Origin: Bacteroidota bacterium
Lineage (GTDB): Bacteria; Bacteroidota; Bacteroidia; Chitinophagales; Chitinophagaceae
Length of the DNA: 64,000 bases
Assembly (NCBI GenBank): GCA_023422565.1
Contig: JAFAGR010000021.1
Coordinates: 7,227-71,226, forward strand
Reading direction: 5' to 3'
In this document: piece after piece, positions 36,966-46,654 of the stretch
Position numbering within the stretch: position 1 is the stretch's first letter
How the letters are laid out: every line of letters starts with the position of its first letter
Position numbers and translations under genes: made by a program
Notes under the pieces: generated by a model
Told to the model about the DNA's origin: nothing
What the model saw: only the letters and a program-made list of their open reading frames with translations
The model's database searches: none

Positions 36966-38591
36966 ATGGCAAGCAAAAAGTTTAGTTTAATAATGGCGGT
37001 GTTCCTCTGGGTAAGCGGAGCTACTGCACAACAGACAGGAAGTACAAGCGGATATGATGTTTACGATTCATCTGTTATCACCAATAAAAGAATGCCTCAG
37101 CAAAATGAGTTCTGGAATAACTCCTACAACTTCCCTTCAAAACCAAGGAATATGTGGGAGATTGGGATATCAGGCGGTGCTTTTAACGTGATTGGAGACG
37201 TTCCTACAAAATTTCCAACCCTTGGCTTCGCAGCACATGTGAGAAAAGCTTTAGGTTATGTTTTTTCACTTCGTTTGCAATACCTGAACGGAACGGGTAT
37301 TGGGCAAAGCTGGATGGCTGCGGAGAATTATCAGAAGAATCTTCCGCTCTCTTCATTGTATAGCGCGATTGACAGCCGGAGCGGCGTAAATACCACCACT
37401 ATTCCCGGCCGTGATGCCGAAGTGGTTTTTTACAACTATAAAAACCGCACGCAAGACCTGAGCTTACAAGGTATTGTAACCCTCAACAACATTCGCTTCC
37501 ATAAGAATAAAACCGCTTTCGTACTGTATGGCGGTGCAGGTATCGGTGCTACAGCCTACAGGGTGAAAATAAATGCATTGAATGATGAAAATGGAGGGGG
37601 AACTTACTCCGACCTATACCTTCAGGCGCTGAATTTGCCGGACGGATACAAAAATCGTAAAGACGTTCTTGACCTGTTGAAAGATGGTATGGACGATACT
37701 TACGAAACCGATGCACAGAATAATGGCGATCGCCGTCCAAAGCTGGGTAACAACACGCTTCGTTTTTCAACTACGGTGTTAGCGGGTGTTGCGTTCAAAC
37801 TCGGAAAACGTATCAATCTTGCTCTTGAAAACCGTCACACCTTCCTCAGAGATGATCTGTTAGATGGTCAGCAATGGCAGGAACATCCACAGGGTGATGC
37901 GGTTACTACCGGCAACTGGGATTCTTATAACTATGTATCTCTCGGTTTAAATTTCAACCTTGGTGCTAAATCTGTTGAACCACTCTGGTGGCTGAATCCG
38001 CTGGATTATGCATACGGAGAGCTTAACAACCCACGCCATATGAAATTGCCAAAACCTGTGTTTGATGATGCAGACGGGGACGGTGTGGTTGACCAGCTTG
38101 ATCGTGAGCCGAATACACCTGCAGGTTGCCCTGTAGATACTCACGGTGTAACGCTTGATACAGATGGCGACGGTGTTCCTGATTGCAAAGACAAGCAGCT
38201 AATCACTCCAACCGAGTGCCAGCCTGTTGATGCGGACGGTGTGGGCAAATGCCCGGATCCTGAATGTTGCAAGAACGCAGTTCCTGTAGCAGAAGCCTGC
38301 CCATGCGATTATCCAAGCATTACTTTCACAGGTACTTCATCAACCCTCAGCTCTAATGCACGCACTATGCTTGCTAACGTGGCTACGAAAATGAAAGGAA
38401 GCCCTGATTGCAACATTACGCTGAACGGATATCCTGAAACTTCAAAAGCTTCTCAGGCAAACTGCCAGCGCAGGCTTGATGCAATTAAGAAATACCTTGT
38501 TGAAAAAGAAGGTATCAGTGCAGACAGGATTTCTACCAACTGCGAAATCGGCGGTGGCGATAAAAATACCGTTGATGTAAAATGCCAGTAA
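36966..38591 (+). CDS. OmpA-family outer membrane protein with thrombospondin type-3 (DxDxDG) repeats
   Basis: Signal peptide, barrel, DADGDGVVD/DTDGDGVPD repeats, C-terminal OmpA-like domain (YLVEKEGISADRI); TAAATTTG at 36913-36920. Confidence 0.88.
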   Translation: MASKKFSLIMAVFLWVSGATAQQTGSTSGYDVYDSSVITNKRMPQQNEFWNNSYNFPSKPRNMWEIGISGGAFNVIGDVPTKFPTLGFAAHVRKALGYVFSLRLQYLNGTGIGQSWMAAENYQKNLPLSSLYSAIDSRSGVNTTTIPGRDAEVVFYNYKNRTQDLSLQGIVTLNNIRFHKNKTAFVLYGGAGIGATAYRVKINALNDENGGGTYSDLYLQALNLPDGYKNRKDVLDLLKDGMDDTYETDAQNNGDRRPKLGNNTLRFSTTVLAGVAFKLGKRINLALENRHTFLRDDLLDGQQWQEHPQGDAVTTGNWDSYNYVSLGLNFNLGAKSVEPLWWLNPLDYAYGELNNPRHMKLPKPVFDDADGDGVVDQLDREPNTPAGCPVDTHGVTLDTDGDGVPDCKDKQLITPTECQPVDADGVGKCPDPECCKNAVPVAEACPCDYPSITFTGTSSTLSSNARTMLANVATKMKGSPDCNITLNGYPETSKASQANCQRRLDAIKKYLVEKEGISADRISTNCEIGGGDKNTVDVKCQ

Positions 38592-38617
38592 TTGTTTTCT
38601 AAATATTGATTTTTAAA

Positions 38618-38649
38618 AAGAGCCCTTCTGAAAAGAGGGGCTTTTTTTT
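38618..38649 (+). terminator. Intrinsic terminator after the OmpA-family gene
   Basis: agcccttct-gaaa-agaggggct plus T8. Confidence 0.85.
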
Positions 38650-38692
38650 CATAGTTCCTAGTCGTTAGTTCGTAGTCGATTGTTCCTTCAAA

Positions 38693-38798
38693 CTCGTAAT
38701 TCGACATCGTACACCGTAAATCGTGCACCGTAAATCGTACACCGTAAATCGTACACCGTAAATCGTACATCGTAAATCGTACATCGTAATCCGTACAT
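38693..38798. repeat. Heptamer/14-mer tandem repeat (CGTAAAT CGTACAC)n
   Basis: About 15 consecutive heptamers. Confidence 0.9.
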
Positions 38799-38804
38799 AA
38801 TTTT

Positions 38805-38868
38805 GGGCGTTCCCGCCGCGGCGGGCGGGCTATTGGCACTGCACGGCAGTGCTGCCTATCCCTAACGC
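38805..38868 (-). ncRNA. Structured repeat element copy 1 (possibly Flavo-1-like RNA motif)
   Basis: GCGTT AGGGATAG..hairpin..ATAGCCCG..hairpin..AACGCCC; homologous to 51960-52046 and 57000-57065; strand is provisional. Confidence 0.6.
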
Positions 38869-38895
38869 GGGCATGCGTTTATGCAAAACATATCC

Positions 38896-39097
38896 CAACA
38901 AACCAATAAACCAACAAACCAATAAACCAACAAACCATCAAACCAACAAACCAATAAACTAACAAACCAACAAACTAACAAACCATCAAACTAACAAACC
39001 ATCAAACCAACAAACCATCAAACCATCAAACCAACAAACCATCAAACCAACAAACTAATAAACCAACAAACTAATAAACCAACAAACTAACAAACCA
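38896..39097. repeat. Octamer tandem repeat (AAACCAAC/AAACCATC/AAACTAAC/AAACCAAT)n
   Basis: About 25 consecutive 8-bp units, G-free on the + strand. Confidence 0.95.
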
Positions 39098-39142
39098 CCC
39101 CCTTTGGCTGTTTTTTTGTTGAATTGGAGTAAAACGACAATT

Positions 39143-39340
39143 ATGAAACAGGATAAGCACAACCCGCCACAAGACGGCAAGCCGCAAACCGGTAAGGATG
39201 TAAAAAAGGATATGCCCGTAAAAAACCCGATGACGGATGATAAAAAAAGGGCCGCATCTGAAACCCCGGGCCTTAACCAGGAAAGAACTACACGTGATGA
39301 TTTATTTCCATCTGATGGGGATAATTTGACGAATGTTTAA
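39143..39340 (+). CDS. Small hydrophilic hypothetical protein (65 aa)
   Basis: MKQDKHNPPQ...; A-rich leader; sigma-54-like TGGC-N7-TTGT at 39105-39119. Confidence 0.6.
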   Translation: MKQDKHNPPQDGKPQTGKDVKKDMPVKNPMTDDKKRAASETPGLNQERTTRDDLFPSDGDNLTNV

Positions 39341-39522
39341 GAAGGGTGCAGGTTACACGGTTAATGGTACAGGTTAAGGGGTAAAAGACAATTGACTACC
39401 AACTACCGTCCCTACTGTCCTAAAAGTCCTTTGAATAAAAGTTGCCTGTTATTAGGAAGACCCCAAATCAGGAACTATTAACAAGGAACTAATTAAGAAT
39501 TTTCCCTAATTTTGCCCACTTT

Positions 39523-40344
39523 ATGCGGAATCTCTTTTTATTATTGGCAGTTTCCCTGTTTTTAACTTCCTGCGGCAATTTTGCGAAGGTGCAAAAGAGC
39601 AAAGACCCTGAATACAAGTTGAAAAAGGCAGATGAGTACTTTGCGAAAAAGAAGTACCGTTATGCTCAGCAGTTGTATGAGGAGCTTTTCACCGTTTATA
39701 AGGGCAATACAAAGTTTGAAGACTTGTATTATAAGTATGCGTATAGTTTCTATCATATGGAACTGTATCGCGATGCGGAGAATTTATTCAAAGGTTATCT
39801 GGAAGTTTTTCCAACAAGCCCAAGGGCCGAGGAGATCGATTACATGAGAGCTTATAGTTTTTATAAGCAATCGCCAAAGATCGATCTTGACCAGACCAAT
39901 ACGCAGAAAGCAATGATGATGATGCAAACCTTCATCAATACGCATCCGGGCTCGCCGAGAAACAAAGAGGCTTCGGAGATCATTGATCAATCTCGCCAAA
40001 AACTGGAAGCCAAGGAAGCCAGGGGCGCAAAACTGTATTACGACCTTGGCCACTTCCGTGCTGCGGGCATTGCGTATGATAACCTGATGAACAGCTTTCC
40101 GGAGTCAACCAAGGCGGAAGAATATAAACTTCAGATCATAAAAGCATATTTCAAGTTTGCGCAGTTAAGTATTGAGAGCCGCAAGCTTGAACGCTATGAA
40201 AAAGTAATTCAGGAGTGTGATGATTTTGCCGATCGTTTTCCGGATGGAACACTTTCTAAAGAGGCAGAATCTTATAAAAATTTAAGTTTAAATCAAATCA
40301 AAGAATTAAAAAATGAGCAAGATCCGTCGTCAGCTAAGCTCTAA
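39523..40344 (+). CDS. bamD: Outer membrane protein assembly factor BamD
   Basis: Lipobox LTSC, TPR pattern, SPKIDLDQTNT; upstream of rpoZ as usual in Bacteroidota. Confidence 0.92.
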   Translation: MRNLFLLLAVSLFLTSCGNFAKVQKSKDPEYKLKKADEYFAKKKYRYAQQLYEELFTVYKGNTKFEDLYYKYAYSFYHMELYRDAENLFKGYLEVFPTSPRAEEIDYMRAYSFYKQSPKIDLDQTNTQKAMMMMQTFINTHPGSPRNKEASEIIDQSRQKLEAKEARGAKLYYDLGHFRAAGIAYDNLMNSFPESTKAEEYKLQIIKAYFKFAQLSIESRKLERYEKVIQECDDFADRFPDGTLSKEAESYKNLSLNQIKELKNEQDPSSAKL

Positions 40345-40654
40345 TACAAGCAGCGTTGTTGAGCCCAAAAAATTATCCGAAATAAAAGAAAAAACAGGCA
40401 ACCTGTATGAGTCCATCGCCATTATCGCGAAAAGGGCAAACCAGATAAATATTACCATTAAGGAAGAATTGCACAACAAACTTGAAGAGTTTGCAAGCCA
40501 TACCGACAGCCTTGAAGAGATCCACGAAAACAAGGAGCAGATCGAAATTTCACGTGCGTATGAGCGCATGCCAAATCCCGCTTTGCTGGCCACCACCGAA
40601 TTTTTGGAAGAAAAAGTTTACTTCCGTCAAAACGATGAGGATCTTTTCAGCTAA
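40313..40654 (+). CDS. rpoZ: RNA polymerase omega subunit
   Basis: TGNLYESIAIIAKRANQI...EIHENKEQIEISR.YE..P. Confidence 0.92.
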   Translation: MSKIRRQLSSNTSSVVEPKKLSEIKEKTGNLYESIAIIAKRANQINITIKEELHNKLEEFASHTDSLEEIHENKEQIEISRAYERMPNPALLATTEFLEEKVYFRQNDEDLFS

Positions 40655-40720
40655 CAACATTTCCATTTCTTTTACATAAGAAACTATAATTTTACCGACG
40701 GCGCCTGCCGTCGTTTTTTT

Positions 40721-41914
40721 ATGCTGGAAAATAAGAAAATACTAATAGGAATTACCGGAAGCATCGCAGCTTATAAAGCGGCTACGCTGGTTCGCCTGTT
40801 GGTGAAGGCGGGCGCAACGGTGAAGGTGGTAATGACACCCTCCGCGAAAGATTTTATTTCGCCGCTCACGCTTTCCACGCTTTCAAAAAATCCGGTTCTT
40901 CACAGCCTTTCAGAAAATGATTCTTGGGCTAATCATGTAATGCTGGGCAGGTGGGCAGACCTGATGCTGATCGCGCCGCTAAGTTGCAATACGCTGGCAA
41001 AAATGGCAAACGGGCTGTGCGACAATTTATTGATGGCCGTCTATCTTTCCGCAACCTGCAAAGTACTTGTTGCTCCGGCCATGGATGAAGACATGTGGTT
41101 GCACCCGTCCACAAAAGCGAACATTCAAAAGATACGGTCATACGGCAACGAGGTTATTCCCGTAAATAATGGAGAACTGGCAAGCGGATTGAAAGGCGAG
41201 GGAAGAATGGCCGAACCCGAAGAGATCATTAAATTGTTGCGCAAGAAATTCTCAGAAGGGAAGCAGTTTGCAAATAAGAAAGTTTTAATTACTGCAGGGC
41301 CAACTTATGAGCCCATTGATCCTGTAAGGTTCATCGGGAATTTCAGCTCAGGCAAAATGGGCGTGGCGCTTGCCGAAGCGTTTCGCGATCGTGGTGCCGA
41401 GGTGACCCTCATAATGGGCCCGGGCTCTGCAAATGCTCCGGCCGGAGTGAATACAGTTCATGTAAAAACCGCGCAGGAAATGTATGATGCTTCATTAAAA
41501 GTTTTTTCTGAAACGGACGTGGCGGTTCTTTCCGCCGCAGTGGCAGACTACCGGCCGGTGGAAATGGCTGCGGAAAAAATTAAAAAGAGTTCCGATAATC
41601 TGAGTATTGAACTTACTAAAACTCCAGACATTCTAAAAGCTCTCGGTTCGCAGAAAAAGAACGGGCAAATAGTGATTGGTTTTGCGCTCGAAACATTCGA
41701 TGAGGAGGCAAATGCAATCAAAAAACTTGAGGCTAAGAATGCCGACTTTATTGTGCTGAACTCACTGCGTGATGAGGGCGCGGGCTTCGGAACCGACACT
41801 AACAAAATTGTTATTTTTGACAGAATGGGCGGGCGTTTCACTTTTGAAACCAAAAGCAAAAAAGACGTGGCTGCCGATATAATAAACACCATTGCTTCCC
41901 ATGCTAAAATTTAA
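40721..41914 (+). CDS. coaBC: Bifunctional phosphopantothenoylcysteine decarboxylase/ligase
   Basis: GITGSIAAYK, APAM, TAGPTYEPIDPVRFIGNFSSGKMG, AAVAD, GFALET. Confidence 0.97.
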   Translation: MLENKKILIGITGSIAAYKAATLVRLLVKAGATVKVVMTPSAKDFISPLTLSTLSKNPVLHSLSENDSWANHVMLGRWADLMLIAPLSCNTLAKMANGLCDNLLMAVYLSATCKVLVAPAMDEDMWLHPSTKANIQKIRSYGNEVIPVNNGELASGLKGEGRMAEPEEIIKLLRKKFSEGKQFANKKVLITAGPTYEPIDPVRFIGNFSSGKMGVALAEAFRDRGAEVTLIMGPGSANAPAGVNTVHVKTAQEMYDASLKVFSETDVAVLSAAVADYRPVEMAAEKIKKSSDNLSIELTKTPDILKALGSQKKNGQIVIGFALETFDEEANAIKKLEAKNADFIVLNSLRDEGAGFGTDTNKIVIFDRMGGRFTFETKSKKDVAADIINTIASHAKI

Positions 41915-42818
41915 ATTCTTAATATTTCTTCTTGCAATAGCTTTTTATTCCGATGCGCAGGAATTAAACGCAAGAGTTTCTGTTGTGGCCAACCGGATCG
42001 GTAATAATGTGAACAGGAACACATTCACCACGTTGCAAACTGCACTCAACAATTTCATGAATAACAGGAAGTGGTCTGCCGACGGTTTTGATCCGAATGA
42101 AAAGATCGATTGCAACTTCCTCCTGAATCTCGAGCCCACGCAGGAACAGAATGTGTATTCAGCGCAACTTACCATACAGGCTGCAAGGCCGGTTTTCAAT
42201 TCGAGTTACCAAAGCCCCCTGATAAATTTTAAAGACGAAAGCATTGTGTTTAAGTATGTGGAATTTCAACAGCTTGAATTCAATGACAACCGCGTGTCGG
42301 GTTCAGATCCCCTTGTGTCTAACCTTACGGCAGTGTTTGCTTATTATGCTAACATGATACTCGGCTTCGATTATAATTCCTTTTCCTTAAAAGGCGGCAC
42401 ATCTTATTTTCAAAAAGCGCAGAACATTGTAAATAATGCACCTGATGGCCGCGGAATAACCGGGTGGAAACCATTTGATGATGTGCGCAACAGGTATTGG
42501 CTTGTGGAGAATATGATAAATACCAGGTACAATGTGATGCACGATATTTATTATAATTACTACCGCCTTGGAATGGACAAACTGTATGAGGATGAAAAGG
42601 CGGCCCGTGCCGAGCTGCTTAATGTGCTCGTTCTTTTGGAAAGTTTTAATTCAGATAATCCGAATACAATGATCAACCAGTTTTTCTTCCAGGGAAAATC
42701 TGCTGAATGGATCAATATCTTCCGCAAGGCAATGCCTCAGGATAAGGTGAGGGCCCGTGAATTACTTGCCAAGCTTGACCTCACCAATGCAATTAAATAC
42801 AAGGACGAATTGAAATGA
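41901..42818 (+). CDS. DUF4835 family protein (PorD-like)
   Basis: AQELNARVSV, FMNNRKW, QAARPVFNSSY, NRYWL; follows coaBC. Confidence 0.85.
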   Translation: MLKFKFLIFLLAIAFYSDAQELNARVSVVANRIGNNVNRNTFTTLQTALNNFMNNRKWSADGFDPNEKIDCNFLLNLEPTQEQNVYSAQLTIQAARPVFNSSYQSPLINFKDESIVFKYVEFQQLEFNDNRVSGSDPLVSNLTAVFAYYANMILGFDYNSFSLKGGTSYFQKAQNIVNNAPDGRGITGWKPFDDVRNRYWLVENMINTRYNVMHDIYYNYYRLGMDKLYEDEKAARAELLNVLVLLESFNSDNPNTMINQFFFQGKSAEWINIFRKAMPQDKVRARELLAKLDLTNAIKYKDELK

Positions 42819-43201
42819 TCATCCGGGCTTGTATTATAATGATGGTTTTCTTAGCGGGATGTTCTCCAGAAAAAGAACCCGGTAACGAGGTGATTTCGCC
42901 GGAGAAAATGCAAGCCTTGTTGTGGGATGTGGTTGAAGCCGATGTGCATACCTTTACTACATTGCGAGCGGATTCCTCGTCTAACCCTGCCCGTGAGAAT
43001 GCCCGACTTCAGGAAACAATTTTCAGAAAGCATGGCCTTACAAGGGAAGCATATTATACAAGCCTTGATTATTACCTTGCACATTCGGAAATTTTTATAC
43101 CAATGCTTGATTCTGTAATGGCCCATCATCCTGCAATTAACCCCGTTAAGTCGGGAAAGGGCAGGGGAAGCAGGGATTCATTGAAGTTTCAGGTTCAATA
43201 A
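42815..43201 (+). CDS. DUF4296-like lipoprotein
   Basis: Lipobox LAGC; ISPEKMQALLWD...IFRKHG.T...SLDYY. Confidence 0.75.
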   Translation: MIIRACIIMMVFLAGCSPEKEPGNEVISPEKMQALLWDVVEADVHTFTTLRADSSSNPARENARLQETIFRKHGLTREAYYTSLDYYLAHSEIFIPMLDSVMAHHPAINPVKSGKGRGSRDSLKFQVQ

Positions 43202-43207
43202 AATTGT

Positions 43208-43906
43208 ATGAAGAAAGTATATGAAAATGCAGCGCAGGCCCTGCACGGAATCAAAGATGGAAACGTCATTATGCTTGGCGGGTTCGGGCTGTGCGGAATT
43301 CCTGAAAACTGCATTGCTGCTCTTGTGGAAATGCAGGTTAAAGAACTCACTTGCATATCAAACAATGCCGGTGTAGATGATTTTGGAATCGGATTGATGC
43401 TGAAAGGAAGGCAGCTAAAAAAGATGATCGCTTCCTATGTGGGCGAAAACGCAGAGTTTGAAAGGCAGCTGTTGTCCGGAGAACTTGAAGTGGAACTTAT
43501 TCCGCAGGGTACATTGGCCACGCGTTGCATGGCGAGCGGTTACGGTATGCCCGCCATCTTTACCCCCGCGGGCGTGGGCACGGAGGTAGCGGAAGGCAAG
43601 GAAGTGAGAAATTTTAATGGTAAGGATTATCTCCTTGAAATGGCCTTCGATGCCGATTATGCCCTGGTGAAAGCCTGGAAGGGAGATACATTAGGAAACT
43701 TGATCTATAAAGACACTGCGAGAAATTTTAATCCCTTGATGGCGATGGCAGGGAAAATTACGGTGGCGGAAGTAGAGGAACTTGTTCCGGCTGGTGAGCT
43801 TGATCCCAACGAAATTCATACGCCCGGTATTTACGTGCACCGCATTTTTAAAGGGAGTAATTATGAAAAAAGAATTGAGCAGAGAACGGTGAGGAAGAGG
43901 CCTTAA
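43208..43906 (+). CDS. scoA: 3-oxoacid CoA-transferase subunit A
   Basis: GGFGLCGIPE, SNNAG, SYVGEN, PQGTLA, ARNFNP. Confidence 0.93.
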   Translation: MKKVYENAAQALHGIKDGNVIMLGGFGLCGIPENCIAALVEMQVKELTCISNNAGVDDFGIGLMLKGRQLKKMIASYVGENAEFERQLLSGELEVELIPQGTLATRCMASGYGMPAIFTPAGVGTEVAEGKEVRNFNGKDYLLEMAFDADYALVKAWKGDTLGNLIYKDTARNFNPLMAMAGKITVAEVEELVPAGELDPNEIHTPGIYVHRIFKGSNYEKRIEQRTVRKRP

Positions 43907-43939
43907 CACATCAATGCTTGTACACTTAAAACATTAAAA

Positions 43940-44596
43940 ATGCCTTTAGATAAAAACCAAATTGCACAACGCATAGCCAGGGAATTACAGGATGGATATT
44001 ACGTAAACCTCGGCATCGGTATTCCTACACTTGTTGCTAATTATATTCCCGAAGGCATCAGTGTGGTGCTGCAAAGTGAAAACGGATTGCTCGGTATGGG
44101 CCCTTTTCCTTTTGAAGGGCAGGAAGATGCAGACCTGATTAATGCCGGTAAGCAAACCATAACCACCTTGCCCGGCTCAGCTTTCTTTGACAGTGCAATG
44201 AGCTTCGGCATGATTCGCTCCGGTAAGGTAGATCTGACCGTGCTGGGCGCTATGGAGGTAAGTGAGTATGGCGACATAGCCAACTGGAAAATTCCGGGTA
44301 AGATGGTGAAAGGAATGGGTGGGGCGATGGACCTTGTAGCAAGCGCCAAGAATATTGTTGTAGCAATGATGCATACAAATCCAAAGGGTGAAAGCAAGTT
44401 GCTCCCTTCGTGCACACTACCGTTAACGGGTAAACGCTGCGTGAAAAAGATCGTAAGCGACCTGGCTGTGATAGAGGTTACTCCTGAAGGATTCAAACTC
44501 CTCGAACGCGCACCGGGGGTGTCGGTGGAAGAGATCAAGGCAAAAACCGCAGGGAAACTGATCGTAGAAGGTGAGATTCCGGAGGTAGTGGTCTAA
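43940..44596 (+). CDS. scoB: 3-oxoacid CoA-transferase subunit B
   Basis: [27 protein letters not shown]. Confidence 0.93.
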   Translation: MPLDKNQIAQRIARELQDGYYVNLGIGIPTLVANYIPEGISVVLQSENGLLGMGPFPFEGQEDADLINAGKQTITTLPGSAFFDSAMSFGMIRSGKVDLTVLGAMEVSEYGDIANWKIPGKMVKGMGGAMDLVASAKNIVVAMMHTNPKGESKLLPSCTLPLTGKRCVKKIVSDLAVIEVTPEGFKLLERAPGVSVEEIKAKTAGKLIVEGEIPEVVV

Positions 44597-44760
44597 CAAT
44601 TTGCAAATATGCAAATTTGGAAATGTGCAAATTAGAGATGGATCATCGTGGTTTTATACCGGCCGAAACATTTGTATTTGATTTTGAAATGTTTTTAAAA
44701 GGAAGAAAGCTCTGCACATCTGCATATTCTCACATTTGCACATTCTCACATCTGCATACT
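44597..44760. repeat. Inverted pair of octamer tandem tracts (AAATKTGC)n ... (GCACATYT)n
   Basis: caatttgc aaatatgc aaatttgg aaatgtgc ... gcacatct gcatattc tcacattt gcacattc tcacatct. Confidence 0.75.
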
Positions 44761-44819
44761 CTTGTTGCCTTTGCAGGTGTTTTCACCTGCAGGAAAAGGC
44801 TTTAAAATTCATACAAAAT

Positions 44820-44848
44820 AAAAGAGCCGCTAAGTAAGCGGCTCTTTC
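44820..44848 (-). terminator. Intrinsic terminator after pckA (possibly bidirectional)
   Basis: aaagagccgct-aagta-agcggctcttt. Confidence 0.8.
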
Positions 44849-44866
44849 TCTACAACAAAATTATTA

Positions 44867-46471
44867 TTACGCTTTAGGCGCAGCAGCCAGAATTTCATCG
44901 TTCACACCGCTGGCATATTTTTCAAAATTCTTACGGAATTGGCCAGCTAGTTCTTTCGCTTTTTCATCATAAGCGTTTTTATCTGCCCATGTTTCGCGTG
45001 GGTTCAGTACTTCGGAAGGAACGCCGGGGCATTCGGTTGGCATCATCATTCCGAATACGGGATGCTCTTCAAAATTTACATTATCTAATTTACCTTCCAA
45101 TGCGGCAGTGATCATTGCACGCGTGTAGGGAAGTTTCATCCTTTGGCCTACGCCATAAGGCCCGCCACTCCAGCCTGTATTGATCATCCACACGTTTACG
45201 TTGTGCTTACGCATTTTTTCACCCAACATCTCGGCATACTTGCCCGGATGCAGAGGAAGGAAAGGAGCCCCAAAACATGCAGAGAATGTGGATGTCGGTT
45301 CTTTAACACCGGCCTCTGTGCCCGCAACTTTTGCAGTATAACCGCTAATGAACTGGTACATTGCCTGGCCCGGGGAAAGTTTGCTGATCGGAGGCAGAAT
45401 GCCGTAAGCATCCGCAGTAAGGAAGAAAATATTGCGGGGCGTTTTTCCGATCGAAGGTTCAAGCGCGTTGCTGATGAAACTCAAAGGATAGGAAACCCGT
45501 GTATTTTCAGTGATCTCCTTATTGGAAAAATCAATTTTGTTTGTGCCCGGGATAAAAGTGGTGTTCTCTACCAATGCACCGGGGCGAATCGCGTTGTATA
45601 TTTCCGGTTCTTTTTCTTCGCTTAGGTCGATGGTTTTTGCATAACATCCGCCTTCGAAATTAAAAACCGAATCATCCGTCCAACCATGCTCATCATCTCC
45701 GATAAGCATCCGGTTTGGGTCGGCGCTAAGAGTGGTTTTACCGGTTCCGCTCAATCCAAAAAATATCGCGGTATCGCCATTCTTGCCCATGTTGGCCGAA
45801 CAGTGCATGCTCAACACGTTCTTATCGTGCGGTAAGATGTAATTAAGAATAGTAAAGATGCCCTTCTTTATCTCACCTGTGTAACCGCTTCCTCCAATTA
45901 AAATGATCCGCTTAGTGAAATTTACCATGGCAAAATTGTGCTGCCTTGTTCCATCTTCCTGAGGGTCGGCAACAAATGTTGGCGCCTGAAGAATATGCCA
46001 GTCTGCCTGGAAATTTTCCAACTCCGATTCTTTCGGACGGAGGAACATGTTATACGCGAAAAGGTTATTCGCAGGAAGTTCATTCACCACGCGAATGTTA
46101 AGCCGGTATGCAGGTTCTGCGCATGCGTAACAATCGCGTACCCAGATTTCAGTGTTGCTGAGGTGTTTGGTGAGCTTCTCATACATCTGGTCGAAATATT
46201 TTTCCTCTATCGGAAGGTTGAAATCGTTCCAGTTTACGGTATCACGGGTGGTATCGTCTTTTACAATGAATTTATCTTTAGGGCTGCGGCCGGTAAATTC
46301 ACCTGTTTTAATTACAAGTGCCCCGGTGTCGTTCAATTCACCTTCGCCGCGATTAATAGCATGTTGAACAAGCTCAGCAGGGCTTTCCTGATAATGCACC
46401 TTGTTCGTTGATTTTATTCCCAGTTTCTCTAAAGCAGCTGTCGGTGGAACTAACATTGTTGTTGCAGACAT
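44867..46471 (-). CDS. pckA: Phosphoenolpyruvate carboxykinase (ATP)
   Basis: TGRSPKDKF, FFGLSGTGKTTLS, IGDDEHGW, NFEGGCYAK, TENTR. Confidence 0.98.
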   Translation of the reverse strand: MSATTMLVPPTAALEKLGIKSTNKVHYQESPAELVQHAINRGEGELNDTGALVIKTGEFTGRSPKDKFIVKDDTTRDTVNWNDFNLPIEEKYFDQMYEKLTKHLSNTEIWVRDCYACAEPAYRLNIRVVNELPANNLFAYNMFLRPKESELENFQADWHILQAPTFVADPQEDGTRQHNFAMVNFTKRIILIGGSGYTGEIKKGIFTILNYILPHDKNVLSMHCSANMGKNGDTAIFFGLSGTGKTTLSADPNRMLIGDDEHGWTDDSVFNFEGGCYAKTIDLSEEKEPEIYNAIRPGALVENTTFIPGTNKIDFSNKEITENTRVSYPLSFISNALEPSIGKTPRNIFFLTADAYGILPPISKLSPGQAMYQFISGYTAKVAGTEAGVKEPTSTFSACFGAPFLPLHPGKYAEMLGEKMRKHNVNVWMINTGWSGGPYGVGQRMKLPYTRAMITAALEGKLDNVNFEEHPVFGMMMPTECPGVPSEVLNPRETWADKNAYDEKAKELAGQFRKNFEKYASGVNDEILAAAPKA

Positions 46472-46654
46472 AGCAGGTTTAATTTAGTGTTTTTGTGAGG
46501 GTGCAAAGTTAATAAATGATAAACAAAAACTGTGGAGAGTTCCGGGCCTAAAAATTATTATCTCTCTGGAAAATAATCCGGGTGCGTCCGGCGGGAATCT
46601 ATTTACGGATGCAAACTGTATATTGCAGGTTATTGATGTAATGAACTTTATAAT

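Noticed and set aside
38453..38839. 128-aa minus-strand ORF (and similar ORFs at 32979-33356, 15288-15524, 44617-44805, 61153-61344)
   Set aside because: These frames run through tandem-repeat tracts and give repetitive translations (e.g. YDVRFTMYDLRCT); likely spurious.
38693..39097. Possible CRISPR array
   Set aside because: Units are 7-8 bp tandem repeats with no unique spacers, and no cas genes are in the window.
40313..40344. 32-nt bamD/rpoZ overlap as a possible frameshift
   Set aside because: Both proteins look complete, and the gene order is the usual Bacteroidota one.
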